NCBI GenBank assembly: GCA_026415615.1 | Contig: JAOAGT010000001.1 | Coordinates: 421,455-485,454, forward strand | Source: Thermoleophilia bacterium | GTDB taxonomy: Bacteria > Actinomycetota > Thermoleophilia > RBG-16-64-13 | DNA length: 64,000 nucleotides | Direction of reading: 5' to 3' | Shown here: one piece after another, positions 27,044 to 36,135 of the stretch | Numbering within the stretch: position 1 is the first letter of the stretch | Layout of the letters: each line of letters starts with the position of its first letter | Notes under the pieces: model-generated | Told to the model about the DNA's origin: nothing | The model's database searches: none | What the model saw: the letters and a program-made list of their open reading frames with translations, nothing else | Made by a program: the position numbers and the translations under genes

Positions 27044-27751
27044 CTAGGCGTCTGTGGCGGTTGAGCTCTGGCTGCTGCTTGTGCCTGAATCTTGGCACGA
27101 TCTTCTTGCGAAAAAGTCGTAAATTTGCTTGCCTCCTGAAAGAACCGCGAGGGCAAGAGCTGCCCAAAGAAGGTATACGGCGATAGTCTTCAGACTTCCC
27201 AGATCGAGAAAACCAGCGACAAGAAAGACGATCAGCGCAACGCTCTGCAGAATCATCTTAATCTTTCCAAAAGTATTAGCGCCTCGGGTTGCTCCTGTGC
27301 GCACCAGCATACCCACGCCTATTGCCGACAGGACGAGCTCTAGGGCGATTAATGCCAGGATGATCTGAACAACCAGGAATTCCCACCCAATCCAAGCTAG
27401 TACTGCGGCGATGAGTAGTTTGTCTGCGAGAGGATCAATGTAGGTGCCGAGCGTAGTTATCTGGCTGCGGGTGCGCGCCATGGCGCCGTCAATAAAGTCG
27501 GTGCTCACCGCTACCACAAAAGTGGCAAAGGCCCACCACGCGTGTCTCAAGTCAAGAAGAACCAGGATCACTGGAATTAGCAAGAACCGCAAGACAGTGA
27601 GGTGGTTAGGTTTTATCCAGCGCGGGAACATCCACAGCAAGGTCTTGGCTACCAAACGGTCGGTGTAGCGTTGAAACGAGGCGGCGCTGGCGGCAGCCTT
27701 AGCTGCAGGTCGTTCTTCAGTTTGCCGTTGTTCGTGTACCCCTGGTTTCAT
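27044..27751 (-). CDS. CDP-alcohol phosphatidyltransferase (PgsA-like)
   Basis: Signature DFIDGAMARTRSQITTLGTYIDPLADK (D-G-x2-A-R...G-x3-D-x3-D) in a polytopic membrane protein. Confidence 0.75.
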   Translation of the reverse strand: MKPGVHEQRQTEERPAAKAAASAASFQRYTDRLVAKTLLWMFPRWIKPNHLTVLRFLLIPVILVLLDLRHAWWAFATFVVAVSTDFIDGAMARTRSQITTLGTYIDPLADKLLIAAVLAWIGWEFLVVQIILALIALELVLSAIGVGMLVRTGATRGANTFGKIKMILQSVALIVFLVAGFLDLGSLKTIAVYLLWAALALAVLSGGKQIYDFFARRSCQDSGTSSSQSSTATDA

Positions 27752-27901
27752 TAATGGCGCATCCTACTAGCTCGCGGGGTTTCTGTCGACCAGTTTTTCG
27801 CATTTGTGCGAGCCTGGAGTGTTAACATGACCGAGACGAGGTTGCCTACCTTGGATTCCAGGGAGTCTAGTCCGCGAATTCAGCACTGGGAGTAAGCAAA
27901 G

Positions 27902-29365
27902 ATGAAAGAACCTGATCTCAGCCTATCCGATTTAGGCTCACTTTTTCCCCAAGATTTCACTCCGGATGAGAAAGCAAGGGCTCAGACTATGTTTCTTAAG
28001 GAGCTAGCTAGGCTGGCCCATGCCTACTACCGGGGCAAGACCATGACAATTCCCAAGGCTGGGATCTACGGCTTCAACTGGTTCAACGTTTACTACACAC
28101 CTGGGGTTTCTGCAATTTCAACCACCATCAGAGACAACAACGACGCCTCTTTTGAGCTCACCAATAGGGGCAATCTGGTGGCTGTGGTGTCCGATTCCAC
28201 TCGGGTCTTGGGCGATGGAGACGTCACCCCTCCTGGCGGCCTGGGCGTCATGGAGGGGAAAGCCTTCTTGATGAAGTATCTCGCCGGGATCGACGCGGTT
28301 GCCTTGTGCATAGACAGTCACGATGGTGAGGGCCGACACGACCCGCAAAGAATCATCGATTTTGTGAAGATGGTTGAACCCAGTTTTGGGGCCGTGAATT
28401 TGGAGGACATCTCTCAGCCCAACTGCTTTAAGGTGTTAGATACTCTTCGCGAGGAGTGCGATATCCCGGTATGGCACGACGACGCTCAGGGAACGGCCAG
28501 CGTGACTCTGGCAGGTTTGATCAACGCTCTGCGCGTGGTTGGGAAAGAGCTGAGCCGTGTAAAGATCGTGCTCTTGGGTGCGGGCGCGGCCAACACTACT
28601 GCGGCCCGTCTTTTGATCGCCGACGGGGCTGATCCAGAGAAGATGATTGTGTTTGACAGCAAGGGCGCGCTGCATAAGGGGCGTGACGATGTCAAAGCTG
28701 ATCCTGCCTACTACCGCAAATGGGAGATATGTGAGTCTACCAATCCTGACCGTGTCGAAAGCGAGGAAGAGGCTTTCAAGGGAGCCGACGTGGTGATTGC
28801 TGCGTCGACGCCGGGTCCGGGGACCATAAAGCCTGAGTGGGTGCGGTCGATGGCTTCGAAGGCTATTGTGTTTGCTTGCGCCAACCCGGTTCCGGAGATT
28901 TATCCGTACGCGGCGAAGGAGGCAGGGGCGTACGTGGTGGCTACTGGAAGGGGAGACTTTCCCAATCAGGTCAACAACTCTCTAGGTTTTCCGGGCATTC
29001 TGAAAGGGGCGTTGCTTGTGCGTGCGCGCAAAATCACTGACGAAATGGCCATCGCTGCCGCTCATGCTGTTGCTGACTTTGCTGAGAAAAAGGGAATCCA
29101 CCCGGACTACATCATGCCGACCATGGAAGAGACCGAAGTTTTTGCCGTAGAAGCAGCGGCTGTGGCCTCACAAGCTATCAAGGACGGTGTAGCTCGCGTG
29201 GAGGTAGGCTCAGACGACGTTTACCGTGCGGTTATCACGGACATTACGGAGACAAGGAAACTCATTGACTGTATGTTGCAGAATGGGTTCATCAAGACCC
29301 CGCCCCTGGAAATGCTGAAGGAGGCCAGGGATCGCGCAGTTGCCCAGGTCAGCGGATCGGCGTAA
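27902..29365 (+). CDS. NAD(P)-dependent malic enzyme (oxaloacetate-decarboxylating)
   Basis: 487 aa with a malic-enzyme N-terminal domain (GIYGFNWFNVYYTPGVSAIS...VVSDSTRVLGDGD) and an NAD-binding domain (VLLGAGAANTTAARLL). Confidence 0.85.
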   Translation: MKEPDLSLSDLGSLFPQDFTPDEKARAQTMFLKELARLAHAYYRGKTMTIPKAGIYGFNWFNVYYTPGVSAISTTIRDNNDASFELTNRGNLVAVVSDSTRVLGDGDVTPPGGLGVMEGKAFLMKYLAGIDAVALCIDSHDGEGRHDPQRIIDFVKMVEPSFGAVNLEDISQPNCFKVLDTLREECDIPVWHDDAQGTASVTLAGLINALRVVGKELSRVKIVLLGAGAANTTAARLLIADGADPEKMIVFDSKGALHKGRDDVKADPAYYRKWEICESTNPDRVESEEEAFKGADVVIAASTPGPGTIKPEWVRSMASKAIVFACANPVPEIYPYAAKEAGAYVVATGRGDFPNQVNNSLGFPGILKGALLVRARKITDEMAIAAAHAVADFAEKKGIHPDYIMPTMEETEVFAVEAAAVASQAIKDGVARVEVGSDDVYRAVITDITETRKLIDCMLQNGFIKTPPLEMLKEARDRAVAQVSGSA

Positions 29366-29414
29366 CCGGCCTCAGTCTGGCGGCTATAAACCGCCAGGCG
29401 AAAGGAGGTAGCAA

Positions 29415-30065
29415 ATGATGTACGCATGGCATTGGGATTGGACCTGGGGCTGGCTCCCCCTGGCTGGGGGGATTGTGGTCTTGGGGATCTTTGTCCTCCC
29501 GTGGTTCTTCTTTCTCCTCAATCTCCACACCTTGCTTGAGCGGGTAAGCCCCGAGAATCGAGCTATGCCGCCGGCACATGTGTGGCTCAACTTTATCCCG
29601 CTCTTCTCACTGGGCTGGTATCTGTACACAGTCCACCAGGTGCGTGACTCGGTCAGAGCTGAGTACAGAGCTCGAGGATGGCCGCTAGACCAAGACTTTG
29701 GCTACAACTTGGGTTTGGCTTCCGGCGTGCTGGGGGTGGCTTCTTTCTTCATGGGCTGGGTGCCGCTCATTGGCTGGGCGTGCTCCATTGGCGCTCTCGT
29801 ATGCTGGATAATGTACTGGCTTAAGACTCATGAAATCAGCGCTGTGTTGTTCCGGATGGCACCCGCCTATGGCTCTCCGGGCGCCACTGGCTCTGGGGGC
29901 CCTGCCGGGGACGAGAAAGCTTCGGCATCAGCTCAGGCTGAGAAAAGAGCGCGAGAAGAGCAGGAGACGTCTTCTGGAGGAGGCATCTGCGCGGCGTGCG
30001 GCACTCGTTACGACTCAAGTGACAGATACTGCCGCTACTGTGGTCTTACTCTGCCTCGAGTTTAA
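29415..30065 (+). CDS. Hypothetical Trp-rich membrane protein with C-terminal zinc-ribbon
   Basis: Four predicted TM helices, then CAACGTRYDSSDRYCRYCG (CxxC...CxxC). AAAGGAGG lies 8 nt upstream of the ATG. Confidence 0.55.
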   Translation: MMYAWHWDWTWGWLPLAGGIVVLGIFVLPWFFFLLNLHTLLERVSPENRAMPPAHVWLNFIPLFSLGWYLYTVHQVRDSVRAEYRARGWPLDQDFGYNLGLASGVLGVASFFMGWVPLIGWACSIGALVCWIMYWLKTHEISAVLFRMAPAYGSPGATGSGGPAGDEKASASAQAEKRAREEQETSSGGGICAACGTRYDSSDRYCRYCGLTLPRV

Positions 30066-31248
30066 GTTTAGGTTCATCGGACTTGTCGATAAACAGCCGC
30101 TCGCTTCGGTCTAGGGCGATCACGCAGGTGATCTCGTAGTTGATCGTCCCTACCCTTTGGGCGACTTCCTCTACGGTTATTCGCTCTTTTCCGTCGGCCC
30201 CAATGAGGGTGACTGTATCACCAACTTTGACCGAGGGGTGTTCTCCAACATCAACGGCAAATGAATCCATGGAGACTCGGCCGACCATGGGGTATCGTCT
30301 TCCACCGATAAGCACTTCACCCCGATCGCCCAGGGCTCTAAACACTCCGTCACCATACCCAATGGGCACAAGGGCGATGGTTGTCGGTCGTTGAGGTCGA
30401 AAAGTGTGCCCATATCCTACGCCTTCGCCAGCAGGGACCCGTTTTAGGAGTACGACTTGCGACCGCCAACTGAGAGCAGGGCGAAGACCTTCGGCCAGAG
30501 GGTCTTGCTGCCAAGGCGATAGCCCGTAAACTGCGCATCCGCACCGCACCATGTCAAAGTGGGAATGGGGAGCGGACAAGGTCGCCGCGCTGTTGGCTGC
30601 GTGGACAATGACCTGCGGCCACTCCCGTCGCACCTGCTCTACTACTGGGACAAACCGAGAGAGTTGAAAATCTACGGAACTGGGATCCTCGGCGGCGCAG
30701 GCAAAATGCGTCATCACGCCCGCCAAATGAACGGTTGGGAGCTCGCGCAGTACCTCAAGGAACCGCGGGACTTCTGAGGGGTAGAGCCCCTGGCGGTTCA
30801 TACCGGTGTCAACTTTTAGGTGTACTCTGGCCGGAATCTCTGTGTTACCCAGCTCGCGCAACATGGGGACCATTTCGGGGGTAACAATTGCGAACTCGAC
30901 TCCTAGGCGGACCATTTCTTTGCATTGATCTACGCTGTACAAGGGACCCATGACTAGGATCATCTTGTCAAAACCGGCTTCCCTTAGTTTCACAGCTTCT
31001 TCGGCAGTGGCCACCGCCACACCACAGGCGCCGGCGGCTATCGCGGCTTGACTAACAGGGAGCATCCCGTGTCCATAGGCGTCAGCCTTTACAGGCACAA
31101 GCAACTGCGTTTGCGGCTTAAGCCTAGATTTTATGTACGCCACGTTGTGGCGGATGGCATCGAGATCAATTAGTACGCTGCTTCGAGGCGAGGTTCTCAT
31201 GAAGCCAAAGGCTAACACAGCTCTCGGCATCCCAGCTAGGGCAAACAC
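30046..31248 (-). CDS. alr: Alanine racemase
   Basis: PLP-lysine motif VKADAYGHG and full-length Alr similarity. GTG start; internal ATGs at 31230 and 31200 are alternatives. Confidence 0.85.
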   Translation of the reverse strand: MFALAGMPRAVLAFGFMRTSPRSSVLIDLDAIRHNVAYIKSRLKPQTQLLVPVKADAYGHGMLPVSQAAIAAGACGVAVATAEEAVKLREAGFDKMILVMGPLYSVDQCKEMVRLGVEFAIVTPEMVPMLRELGNTEIPARVHLKVDTGMNRQGLYPSEVPRFLEVLRELPTVHLAGVMTHFACAAEDPSSVDFQLSRFVPVVEQVRREWPQVIVHAANSAATLSAPHSHFDMVRCGCAVYGLSPWQQDPLAEGLRPALSWRSQVVLLKRVPAGEGVGYGHTFRPQRPTTIALVPIGYGDGVFRALGDRGEVLIGGRRYPMVGRVSMDSFAVDVGEHPSVKVGDTVTLIGADGKERITVEEVAQRVGTINYEITCVIALDRSERLFIDKSDEPKLKLEAE

Positions 31249-31306
31249 ATTCCGTTAGCCATGGGTGAGGCTTCGCAGCAGCCCTCTTAGCGCTTGTTTG
31301 TCGCGA

Positions 31307-33553
31307 CTAGCGCTTGTTTGCTACGACTAGCACCGCAACGTCATCGACAAAGCGTCCACCGGCGGCGTGTCGCATACTCTCCACCACGGCTTCAGCAGCT
31401 TCCTCGAGAATTCGTCGGCCACTGTCTCTTACAGCGGAATTCTGAGCTGGTAAGAGCGATAGCGTCTGCCACGTACGAAGCTCACTGAGGAGGTAGCCCT
31501 CGTTGGTTTGGGTAGGAACTCCTGTTCCCGTACGCGCTTGGGTGAGCCCATCGGTGTAGCAGAACAGAATCCAGCGCTCGGGCAATCGGAAGCAGTTGAG
31601 CGCCCTTTCTCTGTCGCCGCCGAACCCGAGCGGCGGTTGCGGGGGCGTGGAGAGTGTCTTCACGTCTGCGGAGATAACCACAGGCGGCGGGTGTCCGGCG
31701 TTGAGCAGCTCAAGAGTGTTGCTCCCCGGCTCTACGCTCCCCAGCAACACGCTGGCAAAACTGTTAGGCTCTCTTTTTTCGTCAAGAAGTACTTGCTCCA
31801 TGGTCTCGGCAATTTGTTTAAGTGTGTGTTTCTGCAATGCCAGCGCTCTCCAGGTGGACCGCAGAGTGGTTCCCAGAGCGGCGGCGTCAGGCCCGTGTCC
31901 GCTCACATCGCCGAGTACAAAGGCCAGCCGTCCGTCGGGGGTTGGTAAAGAGCCAACGAAATCTCCGCCCAACCGCAGGCGTTGCTCTCCCGGCCGGTAG
32001 CAAGTGGCTACGTGCAGATCGGGATGCTCTACTGCGGTGGGGGGCAGAAGACCGGCTTCTAGCCGAGCGTGTAGTTCTTCCGCGGCAGCATTGGTAAGGG
32101 CCAAGGCGACCTGATCAGCAAAGCGCTCCACAATGGCGAGAAGATCGCGATCAGGCTCTTCCTGAATGGTGTCCCACGAGAGCACGAGAAGATTCCGCGC
32201 TCCTTTCTCGTCGAAACGCAGCGGCACATACAGGGCAGAACGGACGTGTGCCTCGCGAATGACCTGCGCCGGCCATGGGCCGAGCACTTCAAAGGCGCTC
32301 TGCACATCGCGGACGAACGTGGGTACGCGAGAGCGTAGGTCTCTGGCGAGCGGCGTCCGGCTGCCAAGCGGAAAGGAGGCACCCCGTTGAAGGACCGCAA
32401 CTGGCGGTCTTCGTTCCAGGAGAACTAGCCGATCTTGCTCTACTTCATACAGCGCCGCTCCTGTGCATCCAAAAGTGGCTAGAGCGGCTTCGCAGGCGGC
32501 CTGGGCAACGTCCTCTCTGGACCCAGTGATGTGAAAGCTAGGCGCCAGCTCTACAAGAAGCTTTAGGGTTTCGTATAGCGCGTCGGCGCGTTTTTGCGCC
32601 AGTTGGCGTAGGGTGCTTTCCCACGCAATTGCTGCTTGGTCCGCAAAGCGCTGCATTAGAGCAAGGAGCTCTTCGGATGGCCTTTCCAAGCGGTGGGACC
32701 AGTTGAGGGCCAACAGTCCCGTGACCTCCCCGGAGACAATTAGCGGGATTCTCACTGTGGAGACAATTCCGAGTGTTTGCCGTAACTCATCTGCGCGAGG
32801 ACCAAGGGCTTCCCTACGCAGATCATGGACAAAGGTAGGGCGCCGCTCTCGGAATAGTTCTTCAAGGTCAGGAATGTCTGCCCTAGGCACCTGAAATCCC
32901 GCGTGAATTGTCTCAGATGTGGGAGATAGGGCTTCAAGTTCAAGAACGTCACCTTTCACGGTGTAAAGGCGTGCGCCATCGGCTCCAAAAGTTTGGCGAG
33001 CGGCGACACATATCGCTTCGAGTACTTCTTCGGGCGAGGCGCCAGGCCGAAAAGAGGGCGCGAAAGAAACAATCTGCTCAAGCTGCTTACGAGTGCGTTG
33101 AGAATGAGCAAGCGCCTCTCTCAAAGCAAGTTGACGACGAGCTACGCGACTGCGTTCCTGACCCGCTATTAGCCCTGCTGTGACTGCCACCCCGGCCCAC
33201 AGAACCACAGAGAAGACAGTGCTTGTTACCTGGCGAGTATCTCCCGGGCTGTTCACCAGGAACGCCGAGCCTGCAGCAGCGATCGCCAAGGCAACAATTC
33301 CTCCCCCCAACCCGACTGCAGCAGACACGAAGGCAATGATGATGGTCATGGCGATGGCTTCTGGGTCAAGGGGGAATGGGTTACTGGAGGTGAGTTTTCC
33401 CAAGATCAACAGACCAATCAGGCAGGGGATGGCAACAACCAGAATCTTCCAGCGTCGGCGAAGGAGGTCCAGGGCGAGAAAGCTAGGTCCCCCGGGTGTC
33501 TTGACAGCGAGCTGTTCTAGGCCCGTGAGAAACCTTTTTAACTGCCTAGTCAT
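31307..33553 (-). CDS. Membrane-anchored GAF-GAF-PP2C (SpoIIE/RsbU-family) serine phosphatase
   Basis: 748 aa. N-terminal TM helices, two GAF-like domains, and a C-terminal PP2C domain (GGDFVGSLPTPDGRLAFVLGDVSGHGPDAAALG...). Confidence 0.75.
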   Translation of the reverse strand: MTRQLKRFLTGLEQLAVKTPGGPSFLALDLLRRRWKILVVAIPCLIGLLILGKLTSSNPFPLDPEAIAMTIIIAFVSAAVGLGGGIVALAIAAAGSAFLVNSPGDTRQVTSTVFSVVLWAGVAVTAGLIAGQERSRVARRQLALREALAHSQRTRKQLEQIVSFAPSFRPGASPEEVLEAICVAARQTFGADGARLYTVKGDVLELEALSPTSETIHAGFQVPRADIPDLEELFRERRPTFVHDLRREALGPRADELRQTLGIVSTVRIPLIVSGEVTGLLALNWSHRLERPSEELLALMQRFADQAAIAWESTLRQLAQKRADALYETLKLLVELAPSFHITGSREDVAQAACEAALATFGCTGAALYEVEQDRLVLLERRPPVAVLQRGASFPLGSRTPLARDLRSRVPTFVRDVQSAFEVLGPWPAQVIREAHVRSALYVPLRFDEKGARNLLVLSWDTIQEEPDRDLLAIVERFADQVALALTNAAAEELHARLEAGLLPPTAVEHPDLHVATCYRPGEQRLRLGGDFVGSLPTPDGRLAFVLGDVSGHGPDAAALGTTLRSTWRALALQKHTLKQIAETMEQVLLDEKREPNSFASVLLGSVEPGSNTLELLNAGHPPPVVISADVKTLSTPPQPPLGFGGDRERALNCFRLPERWILFCYTDGLTQARTGTGVPTQTNEGYLLSELRTWQTLSLLPAQNSAVRDSGRRILEEAAEAVVESMRHAAGGRFVDDVAVLVVANKR

Positions 33554-33613
33554 GATCTCAGGCTATCAGGGCTGCAAAAAACGAACAAGTTTCTCGTTCC
33601 AGGCACGTTTCTG

Positions 33614-33642
33614 GTTGGCCCGGTGAGGGTTGTGTGCTAGCA
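33614..33642 (+). promoter_or_regulatory. Candidate sigma-70 promoter for the tRNA cluster (TTGGCC-N17-TGcTAGCAT, extended -10)
   Basis: Located about 80 nt upstream of tRNA-Glu; spacing counted directly from the sequence. Confidence 0.4.
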
Positions 33643-33724
33643 TCTGCGCGCTTAAGTTTGGTAGCGGCGAGGTTGCGCCGCGCGGCGCTGGAGCGCCGCG
33701 CGGCGGCATCTTGTAGCTACTTTT

Positions 33725-33797
33725 GCCCCCATCGTCTAGTGGCCTAGGACACCGCCCTTTCAAGGCGGCGGCGGGGATTCGAATTCCCCTGGGGGCA
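33725..33797 (+). tRNA. tRNA-Glu (anticodon TTC)
   Basis: Cloverleaf GCCCCCA/TGGGGGC acceptor, anticodon loop CTTTCAA, T-arm GGGGATTCGAATTCCCC. Confidence 0.85.
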
Positions 33798-33841
33798 TTT
33801 GGGAGTAAGCGGCATCCCGGAGCGGGTAGGCGACCTTATCG

Positions 33842-33913
33842 GGGCGCATAGCTCAGGGGGAGAGCACCTGCCTTACAAGCAGGGGGTCGCAGGTTCAAAT
33901 CCTGCTGCGCCCA
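33842..33913 (+). tRNA. tRNA-Val (anticodon TAC)
   Basis: GGGCGCATAGCTCAG..., anticodon loop CTTACAA, T-arm GCAGGTTCAAATCCTGC. Confidence 0.85.
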
Positions 33914-33985
33914 CCTCGGTTTCAAAAGCTCCGGGAGGGCACTTGTCTAGGCGCCAGACGTGCGATAATCTCCCAGCTTGCACAC

Positions 33986-34059
<74 letters not shown>

Positions 34060-34067
34060 TATCTTGT

Positions 34068-34143
34068 GGCGGGGTAGCTCAGTTGGTAGAGCACATGACT
34101 GAAAATCATGGTGTCCCCGGTTCGATTCCGGGCCCCGCCACCA
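34068..34143 (+). tRNA. tRNA-Phe (anticodon GAA), CCA encoded
   Basis: GGCGGGGTAGCTCAGTTGGTAGAGC, anticodon loop CTGAAAA, T-arm CCCGGTTCGATTCCGGG, 3' CCA present. Confidence 0.85.
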
Positions 34144-34204
34144 CCTTTCTGTTCGGCTGGCTTTTTCGTGCGGGTCGTGTGTGTTTCAAGCCCCTGCTTG
34201 AGTT

Positions 34205-35164
34205 CTATATACCCTTAAGTCTTCGGAAATTCGCCACAATTGTGGCAAGTGCCATGTCGGGCATGAAGAGTTGCGAGATTGGCTTAAAGCCAAGTGCGGC
34301 CGGTAGACCTTCTATAACTCGGTCAGCGGCCACTAGGACGCCATCGCGCTCAGCAGTCTCTACCTCAGCCTCAAGGCGAGCCTCAAGCAACTGAGCAAAC
34401 TCCAAAGACTCCGAGAGAAAGCGCTTGACCTCATCACCCTCGCGAATTGTTGCCGGGGGAGAAGAAGGACTGCGGAAAGGATGAGTGGTGTGTAGCACCC
34501 TAATGTCCCGCTCAAGAAGCCGCCGAAGCGAGGCCTGGTAGGTCGAGACGTCCGCAATTACGGGCAGGCTGCCATCCGGGCCACCAAGCCCGGGCGTTGA
34601 GTCTCCAGTAATCAAAACCTTCTCTTCTTCAATCCAAAAACCAACTGACCCCGGCGTGTGCCCAGGAAGACCCACAACCTCCACCGTGACTCCGTCGCCC
34701 AGGTCGACTACCTCTCCGTCTTGCAGCCTACGATCAACTGGACAGTCGGGACCTGCAAACTCAAGAAACACAGCTTTGTGTTTGCTAGCCTCCTCCGATC
34801 CCCTCAGCGCGGCAAAAACTGGCAAGTGAAACTCCTCGTAGTAGCGAGCGTGGTCTTCCACACACACCGCGTCATCCGCATGGATCCAGATCGAGGCACC
34901 GCCTTCGTTTTTCATGAAGGCGTTATTCCCGGTATGGTCGGGGTGGCCGTGAGTATTTAGTACGAGATCAATATCCTGGGGCGAAAGTCCGCGCTCGTTA
35001 AGAGCTTGTTTCAGATCCGCTCCATAGGCGGCGGTGTCCACCAGGGCAAGCTTTGCGCCCCGAATGAGATACACGTTGAGAGACCCCTGCACCTGTGGCC
35101 AGAAAACCGGGATAACCTGGACCTTGGAGTGTGCGTTTATGAGCGACTCACTAGCTTGACCCAT
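34205..35164 (-). CDS. MBL-fold metallo-hydrolase
   Basis: HxHxDH motif (NTHGHPDHTGNNAF). AAAGGAG RBS upstream of the ATG. Confidence 0.75.
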   Translation of the reverse strand: MGQASESLINAHSKVQVIPVFWPQVQGSLNVYLIRGAKLALVDTAAYGADLKQALNERGLSPQDIDLVLNTHGHPDHTGNNAFMKNEGGASIWIHADDAVCVEDHARYYEEFHLPVFAALRGSEEASKHKAVFLEFAGPDCPVDRRLQDGEVVDLGDGVTVEVVGLPGHTPGSVGFWIEEEKVLITGDSTPGLGGPDGSLPVIADVSTYQASLRRLLERDIRVLHTTHPFRSPSSPPATIREGDEVKRFLSESLEFAQLLEARLEAEVETAERDGVLVAADRVIEGLPAALGFKPISQLFMPDMALATIVANFRRLKGI

Positions 35165-35189
35165 TCTAGCTTCTCCTTTCCTGGCCCCT

Positions 35190-35302
35190 TCTCGTTGGCA
35201 CCGGTCGCCTCATTGGCGCCCCGTTGGCGTGGGCGCCACGTTGGCGTCCCGTTAGCGCCCCCTTGGCGTCGGCGCACGTTGGCCTCGCGTTGGCGTCGGC
35301 CC
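35190..35302. repeat. Imperfect direct-repeat array of about 8 units, core CGTTGGCG(T/C)C, period 11-17 bp
   Basis: tcgttggcaccggtcgcc / tcattggcgcccc / gttggcgtgggcgccac / gttggcgtccc / gttagcgccccc / ttggcgtcggcgcac / gttggcctcgc / gttggcgtcggcc. Intergenic, between the SDR stop and the MBL start. Confidence 0.7.
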
Positions 35303-35310
35303 GTCCTTTG

Positions 35311-36069
35311 CTAGAGCATACTGGCTCCACCGTCGACAATGAGGGTTTGGCCAGTAACAAATAGGTCATCTACGAGAAACATCATGATAGCCCGCGCGAC
35401 ATCCTCTGGCTGGCACAGTCGACGAAGAGCGGTGCGCTGTCTGATCATCTCTAGCACTTCGGGCTTTTCGCCGGCATGCATGTCGGTGTCAACAAAACCG
35501 GGAGCGATGCAGTTTATGGTGATGTTATAGGGGCCAAACTCGGTGGCCAAGGATTTGACTAGCACGATAATGGCTGCCTTTGAGGCACAGTAGTGAGGAG
35601 AGGCAACCTGGCCGTTTATCCCGGTGGTCGAGCTCACGCACACTATACGCCCATAGTTCTGCCTTACCATCATGGGAAGAAACGCCTTGCACACAAAGAA
35701 GGTACCCTTGGCGTTGGTGTCCATGACTAGATCCCAGATGGGTTCGTCAATTTCGAGGGTGCGCGGCGGCAGGTTCTGCTCGTTGTGGGGGTGAATGCCA
35801 GCGTTACTGACCAGTAGATCGACTCGCCCGTAGTGTTCCTCCACCCGGCGCGCAAGCTCCTCGATGTCAGAGCACACAGACACATCGGTTCTTACTGCCA
35901 TTGCCTCGCCGCCAAAAGACTCAATCTCAGCCTTTACTTTGTTTATGTTGCTTTCTCCCTTGGCGGCCAACACTACTTTGGCGCCAGCCCGGGCAAGGGC
36001 GATGGCAGTGGCTCTGCCGATACCTCTTCCTGCCCCGGTAACCACAGCCACTTTGCCTGCAAAGGACAT
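35311..36069 (-). CDS. SDR-family oxidoreductase (FabG-like)
   Basis: GKVAVVTGAGRGIGRA Rossmann motif and catalytic YxxxK. AGGAGG RBS. Confidence 0.8.
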   Translation of the reverse strand: MSFAGKVAVVTGAGRGIGRATAIALARAGAKVVLAAKGESNINKVKAEIESFGGEAMAVRTDVSVCSDIEELARRVEEHYGRVDLLVSNAGIHPHNEQNLPPRTLEIDEPIWDLVMDTNAKGTFFVCKAFLPMMVRQNYGRIVCVSSTTGINGQVASPHYCASKAAIIVLVKSLATEFGPYNITINCIAPGFVDTDMHAGEKPEVLEMIRQRTALRRLCQPEDVARAIMMFLVDDLFVTGQTLIVDGGASML

Positions 36070-36135
36070 CGCACAACCTCCTAGAATTTATGTGCGGGCG
36101 GCTCGGGCCTCCGTGGCCCAGAGCGAGCTCTCTTC

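Noticed and set aside
35190-35302. CRISPR array?
   Set aside because: Units of 11-17 bp with no unique spacers of 25-40 bp and no cas genes. This is a simple direct-repeat array.
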